19,900 nt of DNA from positions 972,916 to 992,815 of the forward strand of contig WELB01000028.1 in NCBI GenBank assembly GCA_009602725.1, given 5' to 3'. Position numbers and translations under genes: made by a program. This document shows, one piece after another, positions 8,086-18,277 of the stretch. Source of the stretch: Spirogloea muscicola. Taxonomy: Eukaryota. Every line of letters starts with the position of its first letter. Within the stretch, counting starts at the first letter, position 1. The notes under the pieces were generated by a model, which searched no databases, was not told the origin of the DNA, and saw nothing but the letters and a program-made list of their open reading frames with translations.

Positions 8086-11000
8086 ATGGCGCAGCTGGCC
8101 ACCACGGCGGCCTCCCGGGCCGCAGGTCGGCTCTGAGGCGCTCCCCAGCTCCCACTCGCCGCTTCGGAATACGCGCTTTCCTGTCTGCTGAGACGTAAGG
8201 CCCATTCCAGCTGCGCATGGCCGCGAGCTCTCACCTCCTCCTGCGCGGCTCCAGCAGGAGCGCCCGGCAGCCTGTCGACGAGGCCTTCGGTCGGCAGCAT
8301 TGCCGGGACCCCGGCCAAGTGCGCCGCACTGCCCTTTGGAACACCATCGCTGACGGCAGCGACAAGACGAAGGAAAGCTTCTCCTCGCTCTCCATGTTCA
8401 GCCACAAGGAGAGCTATCAGCTGCAGGGCAGCTGCCACCACCACCGCCGGTCAGTGCACCCGAATGACCTACAGATTCAATTATGCATCATACATCATCA
8501 TACACCTCGAATATACGCCAACCTTGACTCTACAAGCCTTCTGGTAAAGATTCAGTCACAGGGTACTCTGACTAGGCATAACTGACTGTGGACGGTAAAG
8601 TTAAGCTACACAGAGCCTGAGCCAATTGTTATTCTGGGCTGCCTCTTCCCAGGAGGTACTGAGCTAGATGCCATCCGCCAATTCAGCGAAGTTGTACCTG
8701 ATACAGTGGTGCTCGACGACTTCGAGAGGTATGGCATGATGCAGAGAAGCTCTACTTCCATAGTTCCGTCTCAGCTCGCGACGTCGCAAGTGCACAGTCC
8801 AACAGGAACCTTCGTCTCAATGCTGAATGACAATTGTGATTGAGCAATTTACGATTTTCTTGGGCAAGCAACACCCATCGCAAATCATTTGCAAGAATGT
8901 GGGTACGGCAGGTTCCCACCTTCTGCTGCAACCGTCACGTCCTCTCTTGTTCTTGGCATCTCTGGCCTTCCTGAGGCTAAATACGATGTGAGTGTCAGGC
9001 ATGTATCATTGCATGGATGCATCAGGTGCGTGAGAGAAGCAGGCATGCACTACTTGCAAACACTTCAAGATTTCGTTGGCTCACTGGCTGAAGTGGTAGC
9101 AAGGTCTTTTGCTGCACAGGGTGCCATTGAAAGCGCACTCGCCTATGGCAAATGCTATGTTGAGGAGGGCGAAGACCGCATGTCGTGCTTCCTTGACAAG
9201 GTGTAAGGAGTGAGCCTTTGGCCTTCTTTGGCCTTCAATGGAGCTTGCTTCAGCTCCTTGTTAGTTATTTCTGCATGTTTTACCAGTGGGGGGAGGCACT
9301 TTGTGAGCTTGCTTTTGTCTCCTGCAATCCGAACACTGTCTCCTGCAATCTGAACACTTCCTAGGCACAAATCTTTTGCATGTTGCGCATTGCTGAAGCA
9401 TGCTTGCAATGTCCATTAGGCCTTTGTCAACGTGGGAGCGGAGCTTGTCAAAGTTGTGCCTGGCCGTGTATCAACAGAGGTCAATGCCAAGCTTGCATAT
9501 GACACCCAGGGCATCATTGACAAGGTATGCAGGACAGCTTCAGCTCTGGGCTCATCTGCCACTTTGCAGTATGTGTTGACCAATCTAGTTGCCTCTTACT
9601 TCTCCTTTGCTTCAGCAAATTGGCAACTCACTGCCGCATGTGCTGCATTTCAGTGTTAGGCACCAGCAGTAGGTGTGTTGGTACTTACAGTAGCGATGAA
9701 GGTTGGAAGTCATATCAGCACCATGTGCTTCCTATGTAGACGCTGAGGTTAGCTAAGTAAGCTGTAGGTTGCCTGCAGCGATCATCTGATAGCAACTTTG
9801 CAGGTACGGAAACTTCTGCGGTTGTACGACGAGGTAGAAGTTCCGCGAGACCGGTTGCTCTTCAAGATCCCTGCAACTTGGCAGGTCAAGCTGCTATCAG
9901 CAAGGAGCTGTGCTTGCTGCAAAATTCTGGGTGATTCAGTATTCACGGCATATGGCTGAAGGCTGAAGGCACGGTGACGAATGATGCCTTCCTACATGCC
10001 ATCCATCCACCAGCTCTTCAATGCATCAAGTGGTAGCTGATTGGAGAGGCTGGCTGATGGTGTCTCTACAGGGCATTGAAGCGGCAAAGCAGCTGGAGCT
10101 TGACGGCATCCAAACTCATGTCACGTACATCTACAGGTCAGGCTTGGACATCCACTTTACGGTTGATTTCTGGCCTGTATCAATTGCACACAGTAATTGA
10201 GCAGAATGCTGTCAATTTTGCTGCTTGTCCGGTTCAAGGGACTTATTGGTGAAATCGGACAGCTTGGTGGCTACTGCAGCTTTTCTCAAGCAGCTGCGGC
10301 TGCGCAAGCAGAAGCCTCGGTCATTCAGATTGCTTCGGGCAGAGTTCGGGTGGGTTCTCAATGTTGCTAGAGCAAAGTGCTCAATGTCGCTTGAGGAACT
10401 TCACAAAGGAACTGCAATCAGTGCTGCTCCCTCCCATTGCAGGCACTGCTACGTCAGGTGTTCAAGCAGACTTATTGATATCTTTGATTTTTTAGGAGGG
10501 GCTAAGAAGCTCAATTCATTAGCCAGATGAGTTGCCAATTGCCAGGACTGGGCACGCAGTCATTCTGGCGACCAATCTATTGAGGAGGCTGTGAGCAGAG
10601 GAGAGGACCCTGGCATCAGCCTGGTGTGTCTCTAAGTTGTCCAGAGATACTTGATCTTATTATCTATTGAGTACAGGACAGCTGGGCAGATACTCCCTCA
10701 TAGCAGGTAATGTATTGTTGAGTGTTTTTTGAGTGTAATAAATTGCTCCATTTTGGCAGGTTACGAAGGCCTTCAACTATGTGCACAAGCATGGCCACAG
10801 AACAAAGGTCATGGCATCAGCAATCCGCAACAAGCAAGATGTCTTCAGCCTTCTCGGGTATGATATCAGCCCAACTTTATTAAAAAATCAGCCGCCGCTT
10901 AGCGATGGATGACTGATGTGCTTGTTACATGTTGTTGCGCAGGGTTGACTATCTAGTGGTCCCTGTCAAGGTCCTGCAGTCCCTGAAGGACTCTGCTGCT

Positions 11001-11318
11001 GATTCTGGTGAGGGGGCTGCCTTCACCCGCTGCCTCAATCCATCCACATCGATGGCTCCGGGCAAGGCCGAGGTACGTTTCCATCATCACGGGGTTCTTA
11101 GTATACACCTTCCACTGCATAGATGTGCTCTATAAGAGGCTTATCCCTGCCGTCTTGTGCCACGCGTGCAGCCTTTTGCATGGACGAAGGAGCGCTTTCT
11201 TTCAGGGCTGGGCCCGTGCTCCAAGGAGCTTCTCCAAGCAAGCCTGGAGAGCGAGCTCCAGCAGAGCCAGCGAGTAGCAGACTTCTTCGCCAAAATCTGG
11301 CCGCCTCCCAATGTGTGA
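8086..11318 (+). CDS. TAL: Plastid transaldolase-family protein, At1g12230-type (13 exons): 8086-8125, 8255/8258-8449, 8653-8728, 8912-8987, 9120-9200, 9420-9524, 9804-9884, 10072-10136, 10280-10349, 10546-10623, 10760-10857, 10943-11072, 11172-11318
   Basis: S/T/A/R-rich transit peptide ending ISCRAAA. Then [40 protein letters not shown] (Schiff-base Lys), [31 protein letters not shown] and the C-terminus KIWPPPNV*. All junctions are GT-AG and in frame. Confidence 0.93.
9316..9357. repeat. 21-bp intronic tandem duplication
   Basis: tgtctcctgcaatccgaacac / tgtctcctgcaatctgaacac. Confidence 0.9.
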
Positions 11319-12104
11319 CGGGCGTGGACTTAAGGAAACGCCGTGTGTGCATCCTCTTGATGCTGCAGCTGATTGCTGTGGCTGCTGAGCAGATTCTTGT
11401 GGCTGGCCAAGAGCCTGCTGCAACTCGCACACCAAGCTTCTCTGCTCTGGGGACGCCATGCTACAAGCAATAGGCCTCTGCTAGATTGGAGGCACGCATG
11501 TACAAGCACGCGCACTCAAGGCTTCCTTTGCAGTACCTTGATCTTAGACCTTAGGCTCCAGATGCCCTTTAGCAGCCTCAGTGGAATTTGGAGGTGCGTG
11601 AATATGTTGGCCTATTTATCATTTTAGTCGAATGTTGACCTTAAATCACATACAAGGAGCTGATTGTCATGAAGCAGTAGCGCATGCCGACAACCGTATT
11701 CATATAGGTGCTTTTCTGTTGACCAAGAATTATCCTGAAGGTCAGGCAAGCACAGAAAGCATGATTGTGGATCTGACGTCACTGCCAGGTCGTTACTGCT
11801 TGTTGTCATGAAGCAAGAAGGCAGCCACTAGTCCCTCTCAGAGCAGCCATGCAGTCCCTGGGCATCTTCAGGAGCAGTGGAAAGCTCACAGCTTCAATGC
11901 CAATACCATATCATCCTCGTGTTTGGATATCTTACTTGCCCGATGAGGTGCAAGCAGAAATACAAGGATTTTGCTGCTAATGCGGATCTCCGCAGATGCC
12001 CTGAGCTTGCATTGAACATCAGGCGGTGCATGACATGAACTTGAGGTCGTGGCGGGATTGCAGGCACAGCCAGTCTGTCTTGATAGGAGAGCGGTGGTAG
12101 GAGG

Positions 12105-12150
12105 GCGGTGGCTGTGAGAGGCCAGCCCAGTAAAAAGATAGACAGAGCTT
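12105..12150 (-). mobile_element. Solitary retrotransposon 3'-tail motif (hairpin) between convergent genes
   Basis: ggtggctgtgagaggccagccca at 12107-12129 is identical to 3778-3800. Confidence 0.6.
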
Positions 12151-12607
12151 TCACAAGGCAATGAGGACCAAAGCTCACTGCCTACCAGATGGACCATATA
12201 CTACACTCTAATTCAAAAGTGCGCTGGTTCAGGCCATGCCGCCAAGTGGCAGCCCCATGCACTGCCTGACACCACTAATAGAGCATCTTGTCACAGCTGG
12301 GAAGTCGTGCATCCGAGCAAGTAGAAGCACTTGTGCTTCTCGTCAGGCAGAGGACTAAATGGGGCTGCACGAGAAGACTCTTGGAGCAGTCTCGGCAACA
12401 GTGAAGTAGTGGAGCTTGCTCCAGCATTACTATCCTAGGCGCCAACAAAGAGTCACCGCAACCTGACTGCCGAGCATCAGCGTCGCTCTTCACCAAGACG
12501 CCCCCTCATGGTAGTCGCAAGCTAGACAATGACCTGTCGCCAGATTATCAACAGCAAAAGCCGGCTGCAGACTTGACAAGAAGGATGGGCAGTGACCAAG
12601 CTCAGGG

Positions 12608-13570
12608 TCAGCTGCCGGCGCCTTCAGCCTGCAGCTTCTGCAGCTTCTCCTTGATGGCTGCAATCTTGGCGCTTGTGCTCGCCTTGGGTGCAGCGTTGGC
12701 GCTAGCCGCTGTACCGAGGAGCTTCTGGCCGACCTGCAGGTCACCTCCCAAGCCCCGCATGGGCGCATCCGTGTTGTGCTCTACTGCACGCTCCTCCACA
12801 AATCGCACAACAAGTGGCCGGCCGAACACCAGGCGCGCATTCATCACCCGCTTGGCGGCCTCTGCCTCCTGCACACACAAGCAGCCACAGAGCCCGCTAG
12901 ACTGAGGGGCGCGCCACAGCAGCTTCACCATCAAAACCCGAGTCTGATAGCGCTTGGTGAGTGATGCTAAGCTTCAATGCAGGACGCTGAGCATGCTAAG
13001 CTTGAATGCAGGACGCAGGCAGAGAGCTCCTCGTAGCTGCAGTCGCAAAGTCGGAGACTCTTGATTCAGCACTAGCTAAGACTCGAGAGCTGTGACGAGT
13101 GGCAGACGCAAAAACCCCATCGAAACCCCAGGGACCTCAGACCGAAGCTGTGCCAGCTCAGCTGCCGCAGCAGAGGGAACCAGCGAACGTCGGCTGGCAA
13201 ACGGTCGCTACAGAACGGCGAGAGGAACTGACCGTCGCAGGTCATATGTAAGCGCTAGCGGCAGGAATAGGTGCCGAGCGCACCTCCCGCTTGCTGAACT
13301 CGACAAACGCGTAGCCCCGCGGCTCGCCGCGCTTGGGGCCAGCGACGTGCCAGAGGTACTCCTCGCGCCGGATCTTGCCAAACGGCGCAAATAGCTTGAT
13401 GATGTGGTACCTGAGGGCCGCCAGAGCGCTGCCGTCTCAAGACGAGAGCCACTGGCTCGTCCAAGCTGGGCGCCCACCTCGTGGCGGCAGCCGGCGACGA
13501 CGCAAGGAGGTGCTCACTCGGAAGCTCGGTGGTCGAGGTTGCCCACGTACAGCTTGTTCTCCACCGTCTC
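12608..13570 (-). CDS. RBM18: RNA-binding protein 18-like (single RRM). Exons 13570-13518, 13410-13284, 12868-12608; the 5' exon/start probably extends into the N gap
   Basis: ENKLYVGNLDHRASE|YHIIKLFAPFGKIRREEYLWHVAGPKRGEPRGYAFVEFSKRE|EAEAAKRVMNARLVFGRPLVVRF...KIAAIKEKLQKLQ*. RNP2/RNP1, the WH..GP.RGEPRGY loop and the KIAAI..KL tail are typical of RBM18. Confidence 0.9.
12964..13016. repeat. Intronic tandem duplication, period 29
   Basis: atgctaagcttcaatgcaggacgc(tgagc) / atgctaagcttgaatgcaggacgc. Confidence 0.9.
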
Positions 13571-13762
13571 CTGGCACGGCGGCGGCTGCCGGTCCGGCTG
13601 CGCAGCACGGGTCGTGGGCCGGGCAACGGCCGTCAGCTGAGCCCGCCACGTGAGCTGTAGCGCAGCGGCCAGCACGGCGACGGCGGCGCCCCCCCACCTT
13701 CCGGTATGGGTGCGGTCGCTGCCGGCCGTGGCGGTGGCCGGCGGCGGCGCCGGCTCCCGGCG

Positions 13763-14552
13763 NNNNNNNNNNNNNNNNNNNNNNNNNNNNNNNNNNNNNN
13801 NNNNNNNNNNNNNNNNNNNNNNNNNNNNNNNNNNNNNNNNNNNNNNNNNNNNNNNNNNNNNNNNNNNNNNNNNNNNNNNNNNNNNNNNNNNNNNNNNNNN
13901 NNNNNNNNNNNNNNNNNNNNNNNNNNNNNNNNNNNNNNNNNNNNNNNNNNNNNNNNNNNNNNNNNNNNNNNNNNNNNNNNNNNNNNNNNNNNNNNNNNNN
14001 NNNNNNNNNNNNNNNNNNNNNNNNNNNNNNNNNNNNNNNNNNNNNNNNNNNNNNNNNNNNNNNNNNNNNNNNNNNNNNNNNNNNNNNNNNNNNNNNNNNN
14101 NNNNNNNNNNNNNNNNNNNNNNNNNNNNNNNNNNNNNNNNNNNNNNNNNNNNNNNNNNNNNNNNNNNNNNNNNNNNNNNNNNNNNNNNNNNNNNNNNNNN
14201 NNNNNNNNNNNNNNNNNNNNNNNNNNNNNNNNNNNNNNNNNNNNNNNNNNNNNNNNNNNNNNNNNNNNNNNNNNNNNNNNNNNNNNNNNNNNNNNNNNNN
14301 NNNNNNNNNNNNNNNNNNNNNNNNNNNNNNNNNNNNNNNNNNNNNNNNNNNNNNNNNNNNNNNNNNNNNNNNNNNNNNNNNNNNNNNNNNNNNNNNNNNN
14401 NNNNNNNNNNNNNNNNNNNNNNNNNNNNNNNNNNNNNNNNNNNNNNNNNNNNNNNNNNNNNNNNNNNNNNNNNNNNNNNNNNNNNNNNNNNNNNNNNNNN
14501 NNNNNNNNNNNNNNNNNNNNNNNNNNNNNNNNNNNNNNNNNNNNNNNNNNNN
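13763..14552. other. Assembly gap (N run)
   Basis: About 790 consecutive N flanked by very GC-rich sequence. Confidence 0.99.
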
Positions 14553-14576
14553 GCCCGCCGCGCCGGCGACCAGGCC

Positions 14577-17564
14577 ATGGGCGCGTCCTCGGCGCCGCCG
14601 CCGCCGCCGCCGGCGGACGGCGACCTCATCGGCCTGCAGTACGGCTCCCAGAGCATCCTGCTCATCGATCCCAGCGCCACCAACCCTGACGACGCCGTCA
14701 AGGTCGTCCAGCACTACCAGGAGATGGTGACGGCGGCAGCCGTGGCGGCGGCGGCGGCGGCGGCGGCTTGGCCATGGCGCACCAGTACCAAGCGCAGCAG
14801 GACTCGGCGGCGGCAATGGCGATGGGCTACGAGGCGGCCGTCGCCAAGAGCCTGGCGGCGCAGCAGCGCACGCACGACAGGATGGCCCGTGCTCAGACGA
14901 GGCTCCGGGACGGTGGCCCTGGCGGCGCCTCCTCCGTGTACGCCGAGGCTGCCAGCACCAGCAGCGCCAATGGCGGCGGCTCTGGCAACTTGGCAAGCGG
15001 GGAGCCCGCAGGCAGCACCGCCGCGGCCGCCGGCCGCGAGGACAGCATGCGGGAGCTGGAGGAGCTGCTGACCAAGCTCAACCCGCTGGCCAAGGAGTTT
15101 GTGCCTCCGTCGGCGTCCTCGTCCGGGGCGCCGTCCTCCGCCTTCTCGCAGCAGCAGCAGGGGGCCAGCAACAATGGGGCATCTGCCGACGCCTCGTCTG
15201 CAGCGTCCTCGTCATCTAAGACTGGTCCTGGCGGCGGCCGCAAGGTGACGTGATGACCGCCGCCGCTGCTCGCCTAGGCCGAGCCAATCTATTCGGCATT
15301 CTGTCGTTTGGGGCTTCCCCTCACCGCCCGTCCTCTTCCCACACTTGGTATTGCCGACGACGTGCCTAACTGCTACAGTGACATGTCTTTGCCTGCGTCT
15401 ATCCCGGCGATTCAGAAGAATGGCCTGAACGCCGCCAAAAAGAAGGTGCCCATCCGCAGCGCGCGGGCCAGCCGAGATGACAGCGTGCGCCGCACCGTCT
15501 ACGTCTCCGACATCGACCAGCAGGTGTGTCCCACGCTGCTACCGGGTGCAGCCGTCCATGTGATCCCAGTTGCCATAGGGGCTTGCCCCCCCCCTGCAAG
15601 AAAGTGAGCAGGGCTGCCACTCGCTGTGCGCTGACTCGCGGCCTGTGCGCTGCATCCCCTGGTCGTGGCCCTCCCAGGTGACCGAGGAGCAGTTGGCGGC
15701 GCTGTTCATCAGCTGCGGCCAGGTGAACGAGCACAGCGCATTCCTCCATTCTAGATAGTCTGGGTGCTCAGTGTCGCTCTGATGTCTGGCTCCCTCGGCT
15801 CCACACTCCGCCACACAGCAAGAGTGCGCCGACTCCTTCGTGGTTCGAGCACAAGAGCTAAGCAAGCTCACATGGTTGCTATCATCCTCATGCAGGTAGT
15901 GGACTGTCGCGTCTGTGGCGACCCAAATTCCGTGCTCCGCTTTGCGTTCGTTGAGTTTACTGACGAAGGTGCACAGCATTACTCTCTGCTTCCCATATGG
16001 CACAGCCGCAGCTTGTTGCTAGCACTTTGGCCGCGTCATTTGTTATGTTGGTGCCATCTGCACCGTTCAGTTGGACACAGCCGCTCAGCTCTCTTCACGA
16101 CAAGCGCCCTGTGGAGGTGATGTGCTGCAGAGGGCGCCCGGGCGGCGCTGAGCCTCGCAGGCACCGTGCTGGGTTACTACCCTGTCCGGGTGCTTCCGTC
16201 TAAGACCGCCATCCTGCCCGTCAACCCCACGTTTCTACCGCGGGTGAGCACTGCCAGCCCTCGTTGATGCAGCACATGGTGTCCTCACCTGACACTCATG
16301 TGAGGGTAGCTACTGCTTCACTAGGCCACCCAGCAGTGCGCTGCCTTGGAAGCTGTACAGAAGCTCTCGCCTTGGCAGAAAGGCAAGGTTACTTGGAGCA
16401 GGGAAATAGAGATGCTGGGTGCTGGCCGAAGGGTATGTGACTGCCCTGCAGGGCATGGCCATCTGAGCTACGTGTGCGGCTGCTTGCAGTCGGAGGATGA
16501 GCGCGAGCTGTGTGCGCGCACTATTTATTGCACAAATATTGACAAGAAGGTGAGGCAAAACGAGAGGCCCTTTCTGGCAGATCGTTGAACTGTGTTTGCT
16601 TGGATTTACCAAGCAGGCCACAACACATTCAGACAGCTGTGCTGCGACTTGAGTGGCCATGCTCTTGTGGTCTCCTTGCGCAGGTCACACAGGCAGACGT
16701 GAAGCTCTTTTTTGAATCGTTGTGCGGCGAGGTTGGTTACTTCTGTCAGTGAAGCTGCTGTCAGGAGCCTTGGCGACTTCTGTGATGGTTTAAAGATTTC
16801 TGATCATAGATGGCATGCCAAAGCTCGGGCCTGCACTGCATGTCCCTGCCCTGATAAGTCTTGGCAGTAGGAGCTGAATTCCACTTGCAGCAGGATAATT
16901 GGCCGTCCTTCTTTGCGTCAGCAGGATAAGTGGCCGTCCTTCTTTATGTTGTTGGGCTAGAATTATATTGGCCTGATCTCAATATTGCGTGGTTGGCGGT
17001 GTTCGTGGGGGCGCACCTAGGTGTCTCGCTTGAGACTACTTGGTGATTACATACATTCAACAAGAATCGCCTTTGTGGAGTTTATCATGGTAAAATTCCT
17101 CTGCTGCTTTGACTGTGTCGACTCTATATCTCTTTGACCTGCAGTCCCCAGCACTGAGAACCCCGTATTGGTGCCTGCAGGCTGAAAGCGCCATGGCGGC
17201 TCTCAACTGCAGTGGGGCAATCCTTGGCTCGCTGCCCATCAGGTGAGCCCGCTGGTCTTAAGACAAGCCTTGCTGGCCCCTCCACGTCTACTGTATCTGA
17301 GCTGCAATTCAGAAATAGGAGAGATGCAAGGGTGGTGCTGTCGAGAAGCATCTTCATGATGGTCCAAGTTTCAAGGCTTTACAGTGCCTGTCTGCTTCTG
17401 CCGCTGGAGGTCCTTTGCCCTTCAACACCTGATAATGACAACTAGCATCTCCGCCTGCTCAAACTGTAGTCATGTGTGCCCCTTGTGCTCTTACGTTCTG
17501 CAGGGTAAGCCCATCCAAGACACCGGTGCGGCCCCGCACGCCTCGATCACCCGCCATGCACTGA
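14577..17564 (+). CDS. Polyadenylate-binding protein-interacting protein, CID8-13/CID11-like (PAM2 + 2 RRM). Exons 14577-14726 (tentative), ~14786-15244, 15416-15523, 15678-15722, 15896-15968, 16131-16243, 16490-16549, 16684-16731, 17021-17089, 17181-17242, 17504-17564
   Basis: PAM2: MRELEELLTKLNPLAKEFVPPS. RRM1: RRTVYVSDIDQQ|VTEEQLAALF..CGQ|VVDCRVCGDPNSVLRFAFVEF...VRVLPSKTAI.PVNPTFLPR. RRM2: RTIYCTNIDKK|VTQADVKLFFESLCGE|VSRLRLLGDY.HSTRIAFVEF...GSLPIR|VSPSKTPVRPR..*. The 5' structure is uncertain. Confidence 0.93.
16888..16945. repeat. Intronic tandem duplication, period 31
   Basis: cagcaggataattggccgtccttcttt(gcgt) / cagcaggataagtggccgtccttcttt. Confidence 0.9.
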
Positions 17565-18277
17565 GCATCTTGCAGTTGATCAATATTTATTTTGGGCTTT
17601 GCGGCTTGCCCTTAAAAGCCTGCCTGCTCTAGCTTCCCGCCCGCTCCTCTCTTGGGCACCAAATTTGTGCAACTTCCCCCTCCTTTGCAGCAGCCAGGCC
17701 TGGTTTTCTAGGGCTTCGAGCTTCCCTGCCATCATGTGCATAGCCAACCAAGATGGCTAGGCCTGGCTGCCCTCCATCTCGAGCCTGAATAAGCAGTGTG
17801 TGATGTGAATTCTCATGGCAATTTATGTTTAGGTCGGAGATATGTGGAGCACTGTGCTCAATGCGTAATGCCGGGGCCCCAGAGAGGTGCTGGTCCACCT
17901 TGTATTCATTGTAACAGGTTGCTGTTGCACGTTGCCACTATGTCAGATTTCCCTTGGACTTTGTTATAATTCATTAGGTTGCCCTGCACAGTTACATTAT
18001 GTATGTGCTTGACAGTAGAAGTGGTAATAACCAGTCTTGCAATCAACAACTCGAGAAATATAGCATCAGGTCAGATCAAAGGGCATACACACTTAATCTC
18101 GCTCGTGGTACTACAATCGCAGTACCACTGCAGGCAGTCCTAAGCAACGCAATACCAGTGTCAAAATCGTCACTAGGGCAAATCCAAGATTTAGCGGTTC
18201 GGGAGACCAGAAGCAGTCACAAAGGTGTTGCCACCTATCAGAGCATGGAAGGAGGAAGATAGGCATCTAAGACTCCT

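Noticed and set aside
8217..8585. ORF-track ORF as the first transaldolase exon
   Set aside because: Its phase at the 8450 donor leads to an immediate stop in the next exon; the frame from ATG 8086 with an intron gives a proper transit peptide.
13437..15071. Long ORFs of 327-519 aa
   Set aside because: Artefacts of translating through the N gap.
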